Of a stretch of DNA of 64,000 bases, positions 1 through 12,031 are shown one piece after another; the stretch's first letter is position 1; each line of letters starts with the position of its first letter. The DNA lies in NCBI GenBank assembly GCA_964016885.1, contig OZ024757.1, positions 9,424,001 to 9,488,000 on the forward strand, read 5' to 3'. The notes under the pieces are model-generated. The model did no database searches. It had not been told where the DNA came from and saw nothing but the letters and a program-made list of their open reading frames with translations. Source of the stretch: Eledone cirrhosa (Eukaryota). Position numbers and translations under genes: made by a program.

Positions 1-1
1 C

Positions 2-2374
2 CGCTCGACCTTTCAGGGATAGCTTCCTCTCCGCCCATTTCTGGGTGAGAGAAGCCACCCTGCTCGTCACCTCGTCCCAGTTTTTGTCCGTCTGGAGGTC
101 CGGACCGAACCAGACCCCTAGCAATTTAACCGGTCCGTCCGTCCAGCGCCCGACGACGCTGTTGGACGGCATGGACCTGCCTCTCCAGGTGCCGAGCTGC
201 AGGCCCACTGACTTTTCCTGGTTGATCATTGCTCCTGTCACCGCTTCGTATTCTCTTAGTGTAGTGCCGATCGCCTCGATGTGTTTGGCGTTCGACACCA
301 CTACGGTGACATCGTCCGCATATGCTGACACGGATCTTCCGCATCCTAGTTCGCGCGGGACTCCCCTCAACGTCTCCAGTTTGTGCAGTAATGGCTCGAG
401 AGTCAATACGTACAAGAGGGACGAGAGGGGACATCCTTGGCGGACCGAGCGCATGATGTTGAACGGTTCCGACAGGTGACCGTTCACTCTCACCACAGAG
501 CAGATGTCGCTGTGCATGGCAGCGATCCAGCCTCTGAAGACGGGCCCAAAGCCAGCCGCCCTCAGGACTGCCGCTAGGTAACGATGGTCGACCCTATCGA
601 AAGCTTTCGACTGATCTAAATTGATCAAGGACCCACCCGTGCCAGGTTCCCTAGCTACCCTCTCTACGATGTATCGCATGAGGTGGAGGTTGTCGTGGAT
701 GGATCTGTCGGGAATGGCGCATGTCTGCGCCTCTCCCACCAGACCACCAACGACAAGCGCCAACCTCTTTGCTAGCACCTTGGCCAAAATCTTAAACTCT
801 GTGTTTAGCAGAGTTATGGGCCGGAAATTGTCTATGTTATCCCCCTTGTTCGGATCCTTTCTCAGCAGTGCCACCGCTCCTCGGCTCACAGAACTGGGAA
901 TTCTCCCGTTCTGTTGCCAGTTGCAGTAGACGTCCGCCAAGAGGCCTCCGAACAAGTCTGGCATCTGTACGTAAAGTTCATAGGGCAGACCATCCAAACC
1001 AGGCGATTTACCCCTTGTGCAGCCAGTCATTGCCTCCCGTACTTCAGCGGCTGTTATCGGCTTTTCGCAACACCTCGCCTCAGTGGCCGAGAGCCGCGGC
1101 AGCCCGTCGAGGTAGACACTAAAGTCCATCCCTCTACCCGGCCCCCCGCTGCCCCCGAACAGCTGAGCGAAGTGTCGCTGAAAAGTTTCACACATTTGCC
1201 CGGGATCGAGTAGCATGCGCCCGTCGTGGTCCACCAAAGACCGGATCGTGGCTTTGTTGCCACGACGCGCCTCCGCCACTCGGGCCCATTGAACGGCTTT
1301 CGTCCCCTCGTGTCTGAGAGCACGCACCCTAGCTCTGACAACGCAGCCTTCGTGCTTTGCATTGAAGAATTGGTCAAGGGCCAATTTCGCCGCAAGCACG
1401 TCGGTCGCAATGCCTTTGCTAAGCGCCTCGTCTAATTTTCTAACTAGTTCTCCCTCTGCTCTATTTTTCTCTATTGCTAAAGCCTTACTAAACCTAATCG
1501 ATTCTATTCTAATCGCTCTTTTCAGAGCAAACCACCACTTGTTGTTGACGATGGCCCCCGTCAACGCCCGCTTAACTAGTTCGCTAATCCGGTCTCTGTA
1601 GGCCTTGCGCGCTGGTAAGGACGCGTTTAGCTTCCAGTAGCCGGGTCCTCGTCTATGAAGCCTATCTAAGTCAAGCACACAGATCACGAATTTGTGGTCC
1701 GTGTAGCTGACTATCTTGAATTGTGGACAGCCTATGCTAGACCTATCTATTTCCCTACAAAATACTCTATCTAGATATGATCTGGATGACCCTATGCGGT
1801 TTGTCCAAGTCCACATTGGCACATTCGGGAAATCCAATCGGTACCTGTCAGACAGTTCAAAACGCCTGAGCAGGTTGGTGAGGCTCTTGCACCCTCCACC
1901 CCTATCCGCTAATCCCACACAGTCCCAGCGTGCATCTAAGATCCCGTTCCAGTCGCCCACTAACACTAAAGAGCGGGACGTTCCAAGAAAGGTCTCCAGA
2001 CGCCGGAAGAAATCAGGCCGCCCTGCTCCTGTCGGGGCATAGACGGCCACTAGCCTGAAGGCTTGCCCGTCTCCGCTGGTCACGTCCAGCACCACCAGCT
2101 TACCCTCTGGGTCCAGGAAGATGGCCCGTATGGCGAGATCCAAACCTCTCCGAAAAAGTACAGCAACTCCTCCACCGGATCCAGGACGGCTGGGAGATGC
2201 GTACACATCGTAGCCGCCGAAGATCGGTGCGAAGGCCCGTGCTTCGGAGATTCTGGTCTCGCTGATGGCCACTACATCTATGTTTAGTGACCTGAGGTCG
2301 TTGAGCAGGTGACCCTGCTTCCATGACGACCCCAAGCCACGCGCATTTATGCTGCCTATTCTGAGTGAGGTCAT
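2..2374 (-). CDS. Tx1 ORF2 (APE endonuclease + reverse transcriptase), 3'-partial
   Basis: ATG at 2374 reads MTSLRIGSINARGL...DVVAISET (APE). RT motif AYADD at 325-311 is in the same frame. The ORF track lists no stop-terminated ORF in this frame, consistent with it staying open to the window edge. Confidence 0.88.
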   Translation of the reverse strand, partial: MTSLRIGSINARGLGSSWKQGHLLNDLRSLNIDVVAISETRISEARAFAPIFGGYDVYASPSRPGSGGGVAVLFRRGLDLAIRAIFLDPEGKLVVLDVTSGDGQAFRLVAVYAPTGAGRPDFFRRLETFLGTSRSLVLVGDWNGILDARWDCVGLADRGGGCKSLTNLLRRFELSDRYRLDFPNVPMWTWTNRIGSSRSYLDRVFCREIDRSSIGCPQFKIVSYTDHKFVICVLDLDRLHRRGPGYWKLNASLPARKAYRDRISELVKRALTGAIVNNKWWFALKRAIRIESIRFSKALAIEKNRAEGELVRKLDEALSKGIATDVLAAKLALDQFFNAKHEGCVVRARVRALRHEGTKAVQWARVAEARRGNKATIRSLVDHDGRMLLDPGQMCETFQRHFAQLFGGSGGPGRGMDFSVYLDGLPRLSATEARCCEKPITAAEVREAMTGCTRGKSPGLDGLPYELYVQMPDLFGGLLADVYCNWQQNGRIPSSVSRGAVALLRKDPNKGDNIDNFRPITLLNTEFKILAKVLAKRLALVVGGLVGEAQTCAIPDRSIHDNLHLMRYIVERVAREPGTGGSLINLDQSKAFDRVDHRYLAAVLRAAGFGPVFRGWIAAMHSDICSVVRVNGHLSEPFNIMRSVRQGCPLSSLLYVLTLEPLLHKLETLRGVPRELGCGRSVSAYADDVTVVVSNAKHIEAIGTTLREYEAVTGAMINQEKSVGLQLGTWRGRSMPSNSVVGRWTDGPVKLLGVWFGPDLQTDKNWDEVTSRVASLTQKWAERKLSLKGRA

Positions 2375-2409
2375 GTTTAAAATAGAGTGGAAAAGATGGG
2401 AAAGACCAC

Positions 2410-4422
2410 TTACCGTATTTTTGGTAGAGGAGGGATGGTTTTTACATCCCTTTTCACTTGATCGTCTGGTGAAGGGACCGTTGAATCGTCCCTTCGGCTG
2501 GTCGTCGGCTCTTCTAAGAGAATGTCTGAATATACTCTTCGATTAATGGTTCCTCCTAGGTCCCTGAAATCACCAACTGCGTTGGGAAATTTCGTTTTAA
2601 TGTTTGTGTATTGTTTCTGTGCTATTTTTAGCAGTCTTATGTTAGTTGGCGTTTTGATTGGTGCTGGTATTATGTAGTCCTGTTGTGAAATGTCTGTGTG
2701 TTCAATTATGTAAGTCATTAGTTTCTTGTTGTGTGTGTTTATTGCCGTGCATTTGTTTTTCTGGGGGTGGGGTGTGGTTCTGCTATTTTCTTGTCGTTGT
2801 TGCTGGGTGTGTGTGTTTTGTTGTTGTGTTTGCGATGTTGGTGCTTGTGGTGGTGGTGTTGAAGGTGTTGTTGGCGGTGGGGTTGTCGCCGGTGGTGATG
2901 GTGGTGCTGGTGTGGGTGGTGATGGTGTTGGTGGTGTTGCTGCTGTGGGTCTCTTTGCAGTAGACTTTACCCTTTTCTCATTTCTTTCCTCCCTTTTCAA
3001 AGGCGACGATGCGCTGCTTCTGCGTTTGTGCCTTCTTGAGACCTTTTGCCATCCCTCTCCCACCTCACACTCCATGTCTGATTCTGTAAGGTCGGGGAGG
3101 GGTACCAGCTCCACTCTTTCACTTGTTGTTGTTGGTGATGTTTGCACTGGAGTCTCTGTTGCAGCTGCATTTGGTATTGCTGTTGTTGTTGTTAATATTT
3201 CCACTGCTGCTGCTGTCTTTGATTTCCGTGGAGTGGGTATGGGTGCCACGGACCTATCGTTCCTGGTTGCCGCTTGTCCTGTTGCTGGTAGCCGTGGAAC
3301 CGGATTCGGGAGGAGGGGGGTTTTCTCCTTTCTCAGGGTCTTCTCGTTGCAGAAGGCCCTGAGGTGAGTCTTCGATCCACAGCGAAAGCATTTCGGGCGT
3401 TTGCCCTCAACACTTATGGGCAGTTGAGTGCCGTTATCGAAGTCTATCACATCCGGGATAGCTTCGATGCACTCCTGGTTGGTTTGGATTAGCATCTCAA
3501 TGGAGGAGCCGACCCAATCTTCTCTTACTTTTTTCTGTACTTGCAGTACAGTTGTTTTGTCCTCGATTCCGACGAGGACAGACGCGGCCAGCCAAGAAGG
3601 GGTCATTCCGGGGGGGACGTGGGTCAGTTTGACCCTCACAATTTTTTGCCCGCAGTAGGAGGGCACCAACACCATTTCCTCGCTCCTTAGGGTCACTACT
3701 GATTGGGCCTTTGCCTCCTGGGGTGTGGCAAAAAGTACGTCTACGGTGGCGTATTTTTTGCCTCGGGTGATGTGCGTTTTCCTCTGCCACACAGACCCCA
3801 AGGCTTTTTGTATTTGGGCCTCTGTGGCTCTTTCCACCCTACGGGATTTTGTACTTACTGTACGGTACGTGACCGTACAGTGCTCTTGGGTTTCGAAAAA
3901 ATTTTTCGCTGCCTTGCAGATTGCTCGGTGTCCGTTCTTTGTCACCATCTTCTTCGCTTCCTCTAATTCCTCATTTGTTATGAGGATTGTTTCCAGGTTT
4001 TTCGCAATACCTGCAAATGAGATTGGTTTTTCTCTGCTGTTGTTGTTGTCGTCAGAGCTGCTGGTACTTTTGTTGTTGCTGCAGGTACTACGACTACTGC
4101 CTCCGCCGCTGTTGCTGTGGTTGTTGTTGGTGTTGCTGCTGCTAATGCTGTTGTTGTTTATGCTGCTGGTGATGCTGTTGCGGCTGCTACTGTTGTTTTC
4201 ATTGTCACTGTTGCTGTTGTTATTACGGCTGCTACTGCTATTATTCCTGACGTCAGACGAATGAACTGGGTTTTCGTATTTCCCGCACACCTGTTTCGTC
4301 GCTGTCGTCGTCGTCGTGGAGAAACCTTGCACGCTTTGCACGAGACTTTTCTTTTCTTTCGTCGCTTGCGAAAGAGAAGGTAGGGAGAGAGACACATTTA
4401 AAGAAGGGAGGGAGAGAGACAA
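2410..4422 (-). CDS. Tx1 ORF1 (gag-like nucleic-acid-binding protein); start codon uncertain
   Basis: 670-aa open frame with zinc knuckle CFRCGSKTHLRAFC and Pro/Thr-rich C-terminus; the track start is TTG and the first ATG is at 3948. Confidence 0.85.
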   Translation of the reverse strand: MSLSLPSLNVSLSLPSLSQATKEKKSLVQSVQGFSTTTTTATKQVCGKYENPVHSSDVRNNSSSSRNNNSNSDNENNSSSRNSITSSINNNSISSSNTNNNHSNSGGGSSRSTCSNNKSTSSSDDNNNSREKPISFAGIAKNLETILITNEELEEAKKMVTKNGHRAICKAAKNFFETQEHCTVTYRTVSTKSRRVERATEAQIQKALGSVWQRKTHITRGKKYATVDVLFATPQEAKAQSVVTLRSEEMVLVPSYCGQKIVRVKLTHVPPGMTPSWLAASVLVGIEDKTTVLQVQKKVREDWVGSSIEMLIQTNQECIEAIPDVIDFDNGTQLPISVEGKRPKCFRCGSKTHLRAFCNEKTLRKEKTPLLPNPVPRLPATGQAATRNDRSVAPIPTPRKSKTAAAVEILTTTTAIPNAAATETPVQTSPTTTSERVELVPLPDLTESDMECEVGEGWQKVSRRHKRRSSASSPLKREERNEKRVKSTAKRPTAATPPTPSPPTPAPPSPPATTPPPTTPSTPPPQAPTSQTQQQNTHTQQQRQENSRTTPHPQKNKCTAINTHNKKLMTYIIEHTDISQQDYIIPAPIKTPTNIRLLKIAQKQYTNIKTKFPNAVGDFRDLGGTINRRVYSDILLEEPTTSRRDDSTVPSPDDQVKRDVKTIPPLPKIR

Positions 4423-4724
4423 TCTTCTCTCTCCTGTAGTGATGATTGAGGAAGAAGAAGACGGAATGAGTGGGAGTGACGTATGAAATTTTTTTTTTTT
4501 TTGGTAGCCATGTTTTTTTGTTTAAAATGAAATTTTGGGTACAAAACCCCAATAACTGATTATTTAACCCCGAAGGGCCAAATAACGGACAGAAAGACCC
4601 CTCTCACGAGGAGGAGGGTGTCTTTATCAACAATTTGGTTCAAGTTTTAAACAATTTACAATTGTTTTAAGGGTTAAAAATTACTATACCTTACAGAGCC
4701 GAGCCTCCGTCAACCATGGCATTC

Positions 4725-4775
<51 letters not shown>
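4725..4775 (+). repeat. (AAT)n microsatellite, left edge of the Dong array
   Basis: Pure AAT run; similar runs separate every element up to 28659. Confidence 0.97.
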
Positions 4776-6813
4776 TGTCATAATAGATTGTCATAATAGA
4801 CACAAAAATCTATCGATTGCTTGGATAGATTATAAAAAAGCATTTGATAGTTTGCCACACAGTTGGATTGAAAAATGTTTAGAGATTTTCAAAATATCCC
4901 CCGTTATCAGGAGGTTTTTGTCATTCAGTATGAGGACATGGAGAACGACACTCCTTTTGAATAGTGAAACAAAATCACTGGAAGCTGGAGAAGTTAACAT
5001 TAATTGTGGAATTTTTCAGGGTGACTCTTTATCACCGCTTTTATTCTGCATCGCACTTATACCATTAAGTAAAATGCTCAATGAAACAAAACATGGATAT
5101 AGAGTCTATGACAAAACCATTAATCACCTGTTCTACATGGATGACCTGAAACTATTTGCAAAAAATGATGAACAATTGCAAGGGCTATTATCCACTGTAA
5201 AGCAGTTCAGTGATGACATTAAAATGGAGTTTGGACTGGATAAATGCGCCAAAGCAACGTTCACCAGAGGAAAGCTGCTGAAGAGTTCAGACATTAATCT
5301 TGATCGGGGGAACGTGATAAGAGAGCTTGATCAAGAACAAACTTACAAATATCTAGGTGTTTGTGAAGGAGACGGAATCAAGCACTCGACAATGAGGGAA
5401 AGGATAAGGAAGGAATGTTACCGCAGAGTCAGAGCAATCTTAAGAACGGAATTGAATGCAAGGAATAGGATCGATGCCATAAACACGCTTGCCATACCAG
5501 TAGTAACTTACAGTTACAATGTCATCAACTGGTCAAGCACAGAGATCCGTAGGCTCGATACAAAAATCCGAAAATTCTTAACCATGCACAGAATGCATCA
5601 CCCTAAGGCAGACATAGATAGAATATATCTCCCTAGGAAAGAAGGAGGACGTGGGTTAATCCAGTTAGACATTGCGTTGAAAACTGCAACAATTGGATTA
5701 TCCACATATCTAAGGGAATCACATGATTGGATGATCAAACTCGTTTTGAAACACGAAAGCACCAAAAGATCATATTCCATTACAAAAGATGCACAAAGAT
5801 ACAGTAATGGACTACAAATTTCAGGAGTCCCATTTACTGCTGAAATGGAAAACACAGAAAAAGCAAAGCAGGTAAAAGTAACTGCAAAGAAAGAACTGCT
5901 ACAGAAACTGGCTAAGAAATGGCAAGAAAAGCCTCTGTATGGAAAATACCCAGAGCGAGCTAACAATCCTGATGTTGACAAAACTTTAACCCATCAGTGG
6001 TTGGCATCCTCTGGACTGAAATCGGAGACTGAAGGACTGATTATATCCGCACAAGATCAGTGTCTGCCAACAAAAAATTACCAAGCCAACATAATAAAAA
6101 ATGGGTGCAGCCCATTATGCCGTGTATGCAAAAAACAACCAGAGACCATTGACCATATAATTTCAATGTGCAGTCCTATAGCTCCAACCGAATACCTAAA
6201 CAGGCATGACAGAGCTGCACAATACATACATTGGATAATGTGTAAGCATTTTGACCTGCCCCATCAAAAGAATTGGTGGGAGCATCAACCACCTCCCATA
6301 CTTGAAAAAGATCACATCTCAATCTTGTGGAACTTTAGCATCCAAACAGACCGAAAAATAGATGCAAATAGACCTGATATAATATTGAAGGACTTTCAAA
6401 GAGGGTATGCCTGCTAATTGATATGTCTGTTCCAATAGACAAGAATGTATCTATAAAAACATTTGAAAAATTGAGCAAGTATAAGGACCTGGAGATAGAA
6501 ATTGGAAAAATGTGGAAATTGAGAACTAAAACAATACCAGTGGATGTAGGCGCTCTGGGAATGATACCTAAGGGGTCTAACGACTACTTATCGCAAATCC
6601 CAGGAAACCCGCGTATAGGAGAAATACAAAAGATAGTACTAATGGGAACTGCCCATATACTAAGGAAGATCCTGTACATCACAAGTCTAAACACTAAGGA
6701 TGCATGTGTGAATATGTGTGTTCTTTCTTGAACATGGCGGACCTTGTTGTCTCTTGAGGTCACTGGTTGTGACTTGGTGATAACTCGTATAAACATAAAG
6801 CAAGATAAATGCA
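4774..6813 (+). mobile_element. R4/Dong-clade retrotransposon family A, copy A1 (5'-truncated, frameshifted)
   Basis: RT motifs FQGDSLSP and YMDD, CCHC (CRVC..H....C), RHD, RLE motif RPD..D; 1-bp deletion near 6400; 10-bp deletion removes the stop; ends in (AAT)n. Confidence 0.92.
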
Positions 6814-6841
6814 AATAATAATAATAATAATAATAATAATT

Positions 6842-7036
6842 TATCTCCAAAAGTTTCCGGGGATGGTTAAAGAAAATCGGCCCCTTCACGCTTTTTGGAA
6901 CGCTTCAAAAGGCATGCTTGCTTGGAACAGCAAGAACCCTCCGATACGTCCTGAATATCTGAGGCTGCAGGTAGTGGCTTGATATTCAATCCAACGGACT
7001 TTCCAGTTAACCAACATCAATGACTGAGATTCAAGG
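6842..7036 (+). mobile_element. R4/Dong family B, 3'-terminal fragment
   Basis: Matches the last ~195 bp of B1/B2 (ORF end + 3' UTR); (AAT)n on both sides. Confidence 0.9.
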
Positions 7037-7048
7037 AATAACAATAAC

Positions 7049-7128
<80 letters not shown>

Positions 7129-7155
7129 GAAGAAGAAGAAGAAGAAGAAGAAGAA
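7037..7155 (+). repeat. Compound (AAT)n(AAG)n microsatellite
   Basis: Read directly. Confidence 0.95.
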
Positions 7156-7880
7156 AGAACAATAAGAAAGAACTATTCTTAGCACAAATGTTGCATAAAG
7201 GTCCCATAAAGTTTCGGATCCATATTATATTGTTGTATCGCTCAAATATTCAATTTTGTATTATATATTTTGTATTCAAAAAAGAAAATGGTTATAAATG
7301 GAACAAAACACCCTCTGTCTACACTATATAGAACAGCGGCAATTTCAATTTCACCAACACCAGAAACTTGATACACTTGATACACTACCTATCCCATCAC
7401 ACTAAATATAATTTCACCAGCATCATAATAATAATTACTAGTATTATTGTCTCAAATTTTAAAAAATGTTTAATTCAAATTTTACGGGAATATGTCAACA
7501 CAAAATATAATGAAAATATATATTAAACATAGGAACACAAACTCATAGATACTATATCAGTAACCACAACACCACCGCTGCCACCACCCCACCACATCCA
7601 TCATCGCCGCCACCACTCATTCAATGCTACTGACACTATTCCCCTGTTAACTTGAGAGAGAAAAGGGAAGGTGACGGTAGCACTAGACAAGAGAGAGGCT
7701 AGCAAAAGATATAAATAGATTGACTTGGTGACCTTGCCACGGCCAAACGTCTACATCAACAATTATGGGACTGCTGGCTCACCCCTTCCTCACCAACAAT
7801 ATAAAAAGCCCCGGCACCACCACCGACATAGCCAACAACAATAACAGCCAACTACAACAAAAAGTATATTATATTATTGT

Positions 7881-8066
7881 AATTGTTTCTACTTTAGGCA
7901 CAAGGCCAGCAATTACCCAGTGCATTACTGGTACTTTATTTTATCTACCCCGTAAGGATGAAAGGCAAAGTCAACCTCGGCGGGATTTGAACTCAGATCG
8001 TAAAGGGACGTAACTATGCTGGAAAGCATGGCGTCCGACCCTCTACCAATACTGCCAATCCACCGC
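7881..8066 (-). mobile_element. tRNA-derived SINE (ATT-tailed family) in the A2 upstream region
   Basis: B-box-like GAGTTCAAATCC, body GCCTTTCATCCTTACGGGGT, tail ...GTAGAAACAATT; absent at the equivalent A3 position (20040). Confidence 0.85.
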
Positions 8067-8378
8067 AATGCACTGGGTGATTGCTGGCCTTGTGCCTGGA
8101 GTGGAGACAATTATTAATAATTTCATTCTTAAGCCACGCAATGCTCACATTAAGGAACCACTCATGATAATAACAATTTAATTAAAAAAAAAAAAAAAAC
8201 AAAAAAAAAAAAAGAAAACCCCGTGACCAAGAAATACCGGGATGGCGGCCGGCGGGGAATAGCCATGTCTCTAGGGGAGAACGACCCCTCTAGTCTTGGT
8301 TGACACTCGTTCTAGAAGTGGTAACACGAAATGATTACCCCTTGGCGGATAAGGATAAAACGCGACAAAATAAAGTAA

Positions 8379-11300
8379 ATGTCTAATGATAAAATCTCAT
8401 ACCGGATCGGCCGTCACCCGGGTAAAAAAGGGCCGCGTCCCTCAGAGAGGAACCAGACTGGGGTCGAAAAATCAGCTAATGGTTCAAACCTTCCCATCAC
8501 TTCGGAGCTGGAGACCTCCCATAACCGGAATACTCCTACTGTTGGCCCTCCATGCTCACCACCAAGAAATCCAAAGAAAAAGAGAGAAAAATGGTCAAGG
8601 GAAGATAATAAAGAAGTCCTTGAGGCTTTCTACACTGCCATGTACTACCCATCAAATACATCGAATACAGAACAAACATATATCAACTGGAAAAAGAAAC
8701 ATCCCGAAAACAGAGGCTATAGTGACAGTAACAAACTAGCCAATATACGAAGAAATATTGTAAGAAAAAAGTTACTAACTGATATAGAAATTGATCAGAT
8801 CAAGCTAGTAGCACAAAGTCAGCGAAGGGAAAATGAAGCATGTGTCAGTGAAAACGAGGTAAACTGTAACACTTCGAATCCCAGGGTTGGGGCGGAATCA
8901 CTGGCAACAGAACAAATTAAAGAAAGGAGCGAAAAAGTGGAGGGAGTGCGTGCTCAGGATGATACTCCAAATGAAAATAATGAGATCGTAAAAGATAAAG
9001 AGATGAATGAGAATGAACTTGCCAACTTGAAGGATGAAATTATGATCGAATGGATGAAAATGAAAGAATCTGACATGGGGGAACGAGACACCCTCCCTAA
9101 GATCCAGAACTCCAAACAGAACCAAAAGATAATACACAAGACTAACATAATTCTCAAAAACATTATCATCACAAACAAACTAAACATTACTGACTTAAAT
9201 CATCTCTATTATGCATCGGCTAAAGTCACCACTCACTTATGTGGAGTGAAGATGAAAAAACAAAGGAATTCCCACAAGAAATCTACTTGGCAAGATAATA
9301 TCAATCGCCAAATAAACCTTCTCCGATCTGACATAGAAATTTTAACAAACTATAAAGTAGGTGAACATGTTAAACAAACTAAACTTAGAAAATTGAAAAA
9401 AAAGTACAGTATAAGATCAACATGTGACATAGACATGCTGATAGAAACAATCAAGCAAAAAGTGTCGGCCAAAGCTGCTCGTATAAGGCGCTTTGAAAAA
9501 CGATCTAGATTCTATAAGGACAATAATATGTTCAAAAACAACCAAAGAAACTTCTACAGAAAAATTGGTAAGTCAACAATAACTGCTAAATCAATACCAC
9601 CCAAGGAGGAAGTGCAAGAATTATGGGAAAAGATCTGGGCCGAAGAAAAAGTTCATAACATACATGCCCCATGGATAGACAGACAAATGAACGAAACAGC
9701 TCACCTTGAAGAACAAACATGGGAAAATATAACAGTTGAACAGCTGCGCTTGACTCTAAGAAAAACCAGCAAATGGAAATCCCCAGGAAAAGACAAAATA
9801 CAAAACTTTTGGATAAATGCCTTCACAGAGTTTCATGAGCTGTTAGCCCAATTTTACAATGAAATAGTTAAGGAGCCAGAAAAGATACCATCATGGCTAG
9901 TTAACGGCATTACATTCCTGCTACCGAAGAATGATGAGACAAACAATCCCCAAAATTACAGACCGATAACCTGCTTGACCACAATGTATAAAATGTTAAC
10001 ATCAGTCCTAACTGAATGCACATATGACCACCTGATAACAAATGACCTATTTCCCATTGAGCAGAAAGGGTGTAAACGAGGCTCATATGGCTGTAAGGAT
10101 CAGCTTCTGGTTAACAAAATGATACTGGAAGATTGTCATAATAGACACAAAAATCTATCGATTGCTTGGATAGATTATAAAAAAGCATTCGATAGTTTGC
10201 CATACAGTTGGATTGAAAAATGTTTAGCGATTTTCAAAATATCCCCCGTTGTCAGGAGGGATTTGTCATTCAGTATGAGGACATGGAGAACGACACTCCT
10301 TTTGAATAGTGAAACAAAATCACTGGAAGCTGGAGAAGTTAACAGTAATTGTAGAATTTTTCAGGGTGACTCTTTATCACCGCTTTTATTCTGCATCGCA
10401 CTTATACCATTAAGTAAAATGCTCAATGAAACAAAACATGGATATAGAGTCTATGACAAAACGATTAATCACCTGTTCTACATGGATGACCTGAAACTAA
10501 TTGCAAAAAATGATGAACAATTGCAAGGGCTATTATCCACTGTGAAGCAGTTCAGTGATGACATTAAAATGGAGTTTGGACTGGATAAATGCGCCAAAGC
10601 AACGTTCACCAGAGGAAAGCTGCTGAAGAGTTCAGACATTAATCTTGATCGGGGGAACGTGATAAGAGAGCTTGGTCAAGAAAAATCTTACAAATATTTA
10701 GGTGTTTGTGAAGGAGACGGAATCAAGCACTCGACAATGAGGGAAATGATAAGGAAGGTATGTTACCGCAGAGTCAGAGCAATCTTAAGAACGGAATTTG
10801 AATGCAAGGAATAGGATCGATGCTATAAACACGCTTGCCATACCAGTAGTAACCTACAGTTACAATGTCATCAACTGGTCAAGCACAGAGATCCGTAGGC
10901 TCGATACAAAAATCCGAAAATTCTTAACCATGCACAGAATGCATCACCCTAAGGCAGACATAGATAGAATATATCTCCCTAGGAAAGAAGGAGGACGTGG
11001 GTTAATCCAGTTAGACATTGCGTTGAAAACTGCAACAATTGGATTATCCACATATCTCAGGGAATCACATGATTGGATGAACAAACTCGTTTTGAAACAC
11101 GAAAGCACCAAAAGATCATATTCCATTACAAACGATGCACAAAGATACAGTAATGGACTACAAATTTCAGAAGTCCCATTTACTGCTGAAATGGAAAACA
11201 CAGAAAAAGCAAAGCAGGTAAAAGTAACTGCAAAGAAAGAATTGCTACAGAAACTGGCTAAGAAATGGCAAGAAAAGCCTCTGTATGGAAAATACCCAGA

Positions 11301-12031
11301 GCGAGCTAACAATCCTGATGTTGACAAAACTTTAACCCATCAGTGGTTGGCATCCTCTGGACTGGAATCGGAGACTGAAGGACTGATTATATCGGCACAA
11401 GATCAGTGTCTGCCAACAAAAAATTACCAAGCCAACATAAAAAAAAAATGGGTGCAGCCCATTATGCCGTGTATGCAAAAAACAACCAGAGACCATTGAC
11501 CATATAATTTCAATGTGCAGTCCTATAGCTCCAACCGAATACCTAAACAGGCATGACAGAGCTGCACAATACATACATTGGATAACGTGTAAGCAGTTTG
11601 ACCTGCCCCATCAAAAGAATTGGTGGGAGCATCAACCACCTCCCATACTTGAAAAAGATCACATCTCAATCTTGTGGAACTTTAGCATCCAAACAGACCA
11701 AAAAATAGATGCAAATAAACCTGATATAATATTGAAGGACTTTCAAAGGAGGGTATGCCTGCTAATTGATATGTCTGTTCGAATAGACAAGAATGTATCT
11801 ATAAAAACATTTGAAAAATTGAGCAAGTATAAGGACCTGGAGATAGAAATTGGAAAAATGTGGAAATTGAGAACTAAAATAATACCAGTGGTTGTAGGCG
11901 CTCTGGGAATGATACCTAAGGGGTCTAACGACTACTTATCGCAAATCCCAGGAAACCAGCGTATAGGAGAAATACAAAAGATAGTACTAATGGGAACTGC
12001 CCATATACTAAGGAAGATCCTGTCAATATAA
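8379..12031 (+). pseudogene. Family A RT-RLE ORF broken by two frameshifts (~10798, ~11445)
   Basis: ORFs 8379-10814, 10798-11499 and 11513-12031 join into the same protein as A3. Confidence 0.9.

Larger units (their letters stand above)
1..4724 (-). mobile_element. Tx1-type (L1 clade) non-LTR retrotransposon, copy 1; 5' end present, 3' part runs off the window
   Basis: ORF1 with CCHC knuckle, then ORF2 with APE and RT; the 5' end (GAATGCC... on minus) abuts the (AAT)n run starting at 4725. Confidence 0.92.

Noticed and set aside
45-4397. Many short plus-strand and off-frame ORFs over the Tx1 element
   Set aside because: Antisense or alternate-frame shadows of ORF1/ORF2 with no recognisable motifs
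5598-5981. Repeated antisense 127-aa ORF in family A copies (similar ones in family B)
   Set aside because: Recurs only because the copies are near-identical; no independent evidence of coding
6886-7331. Poly-Leu/poly-Ile ORFs, and YIYI/CVCV ORFs near 30.2, 32.5, 45.4 and 55.4 kb
   Set aside because: Translations of (AAT)n, (TA)n and (CA)n microsatellites
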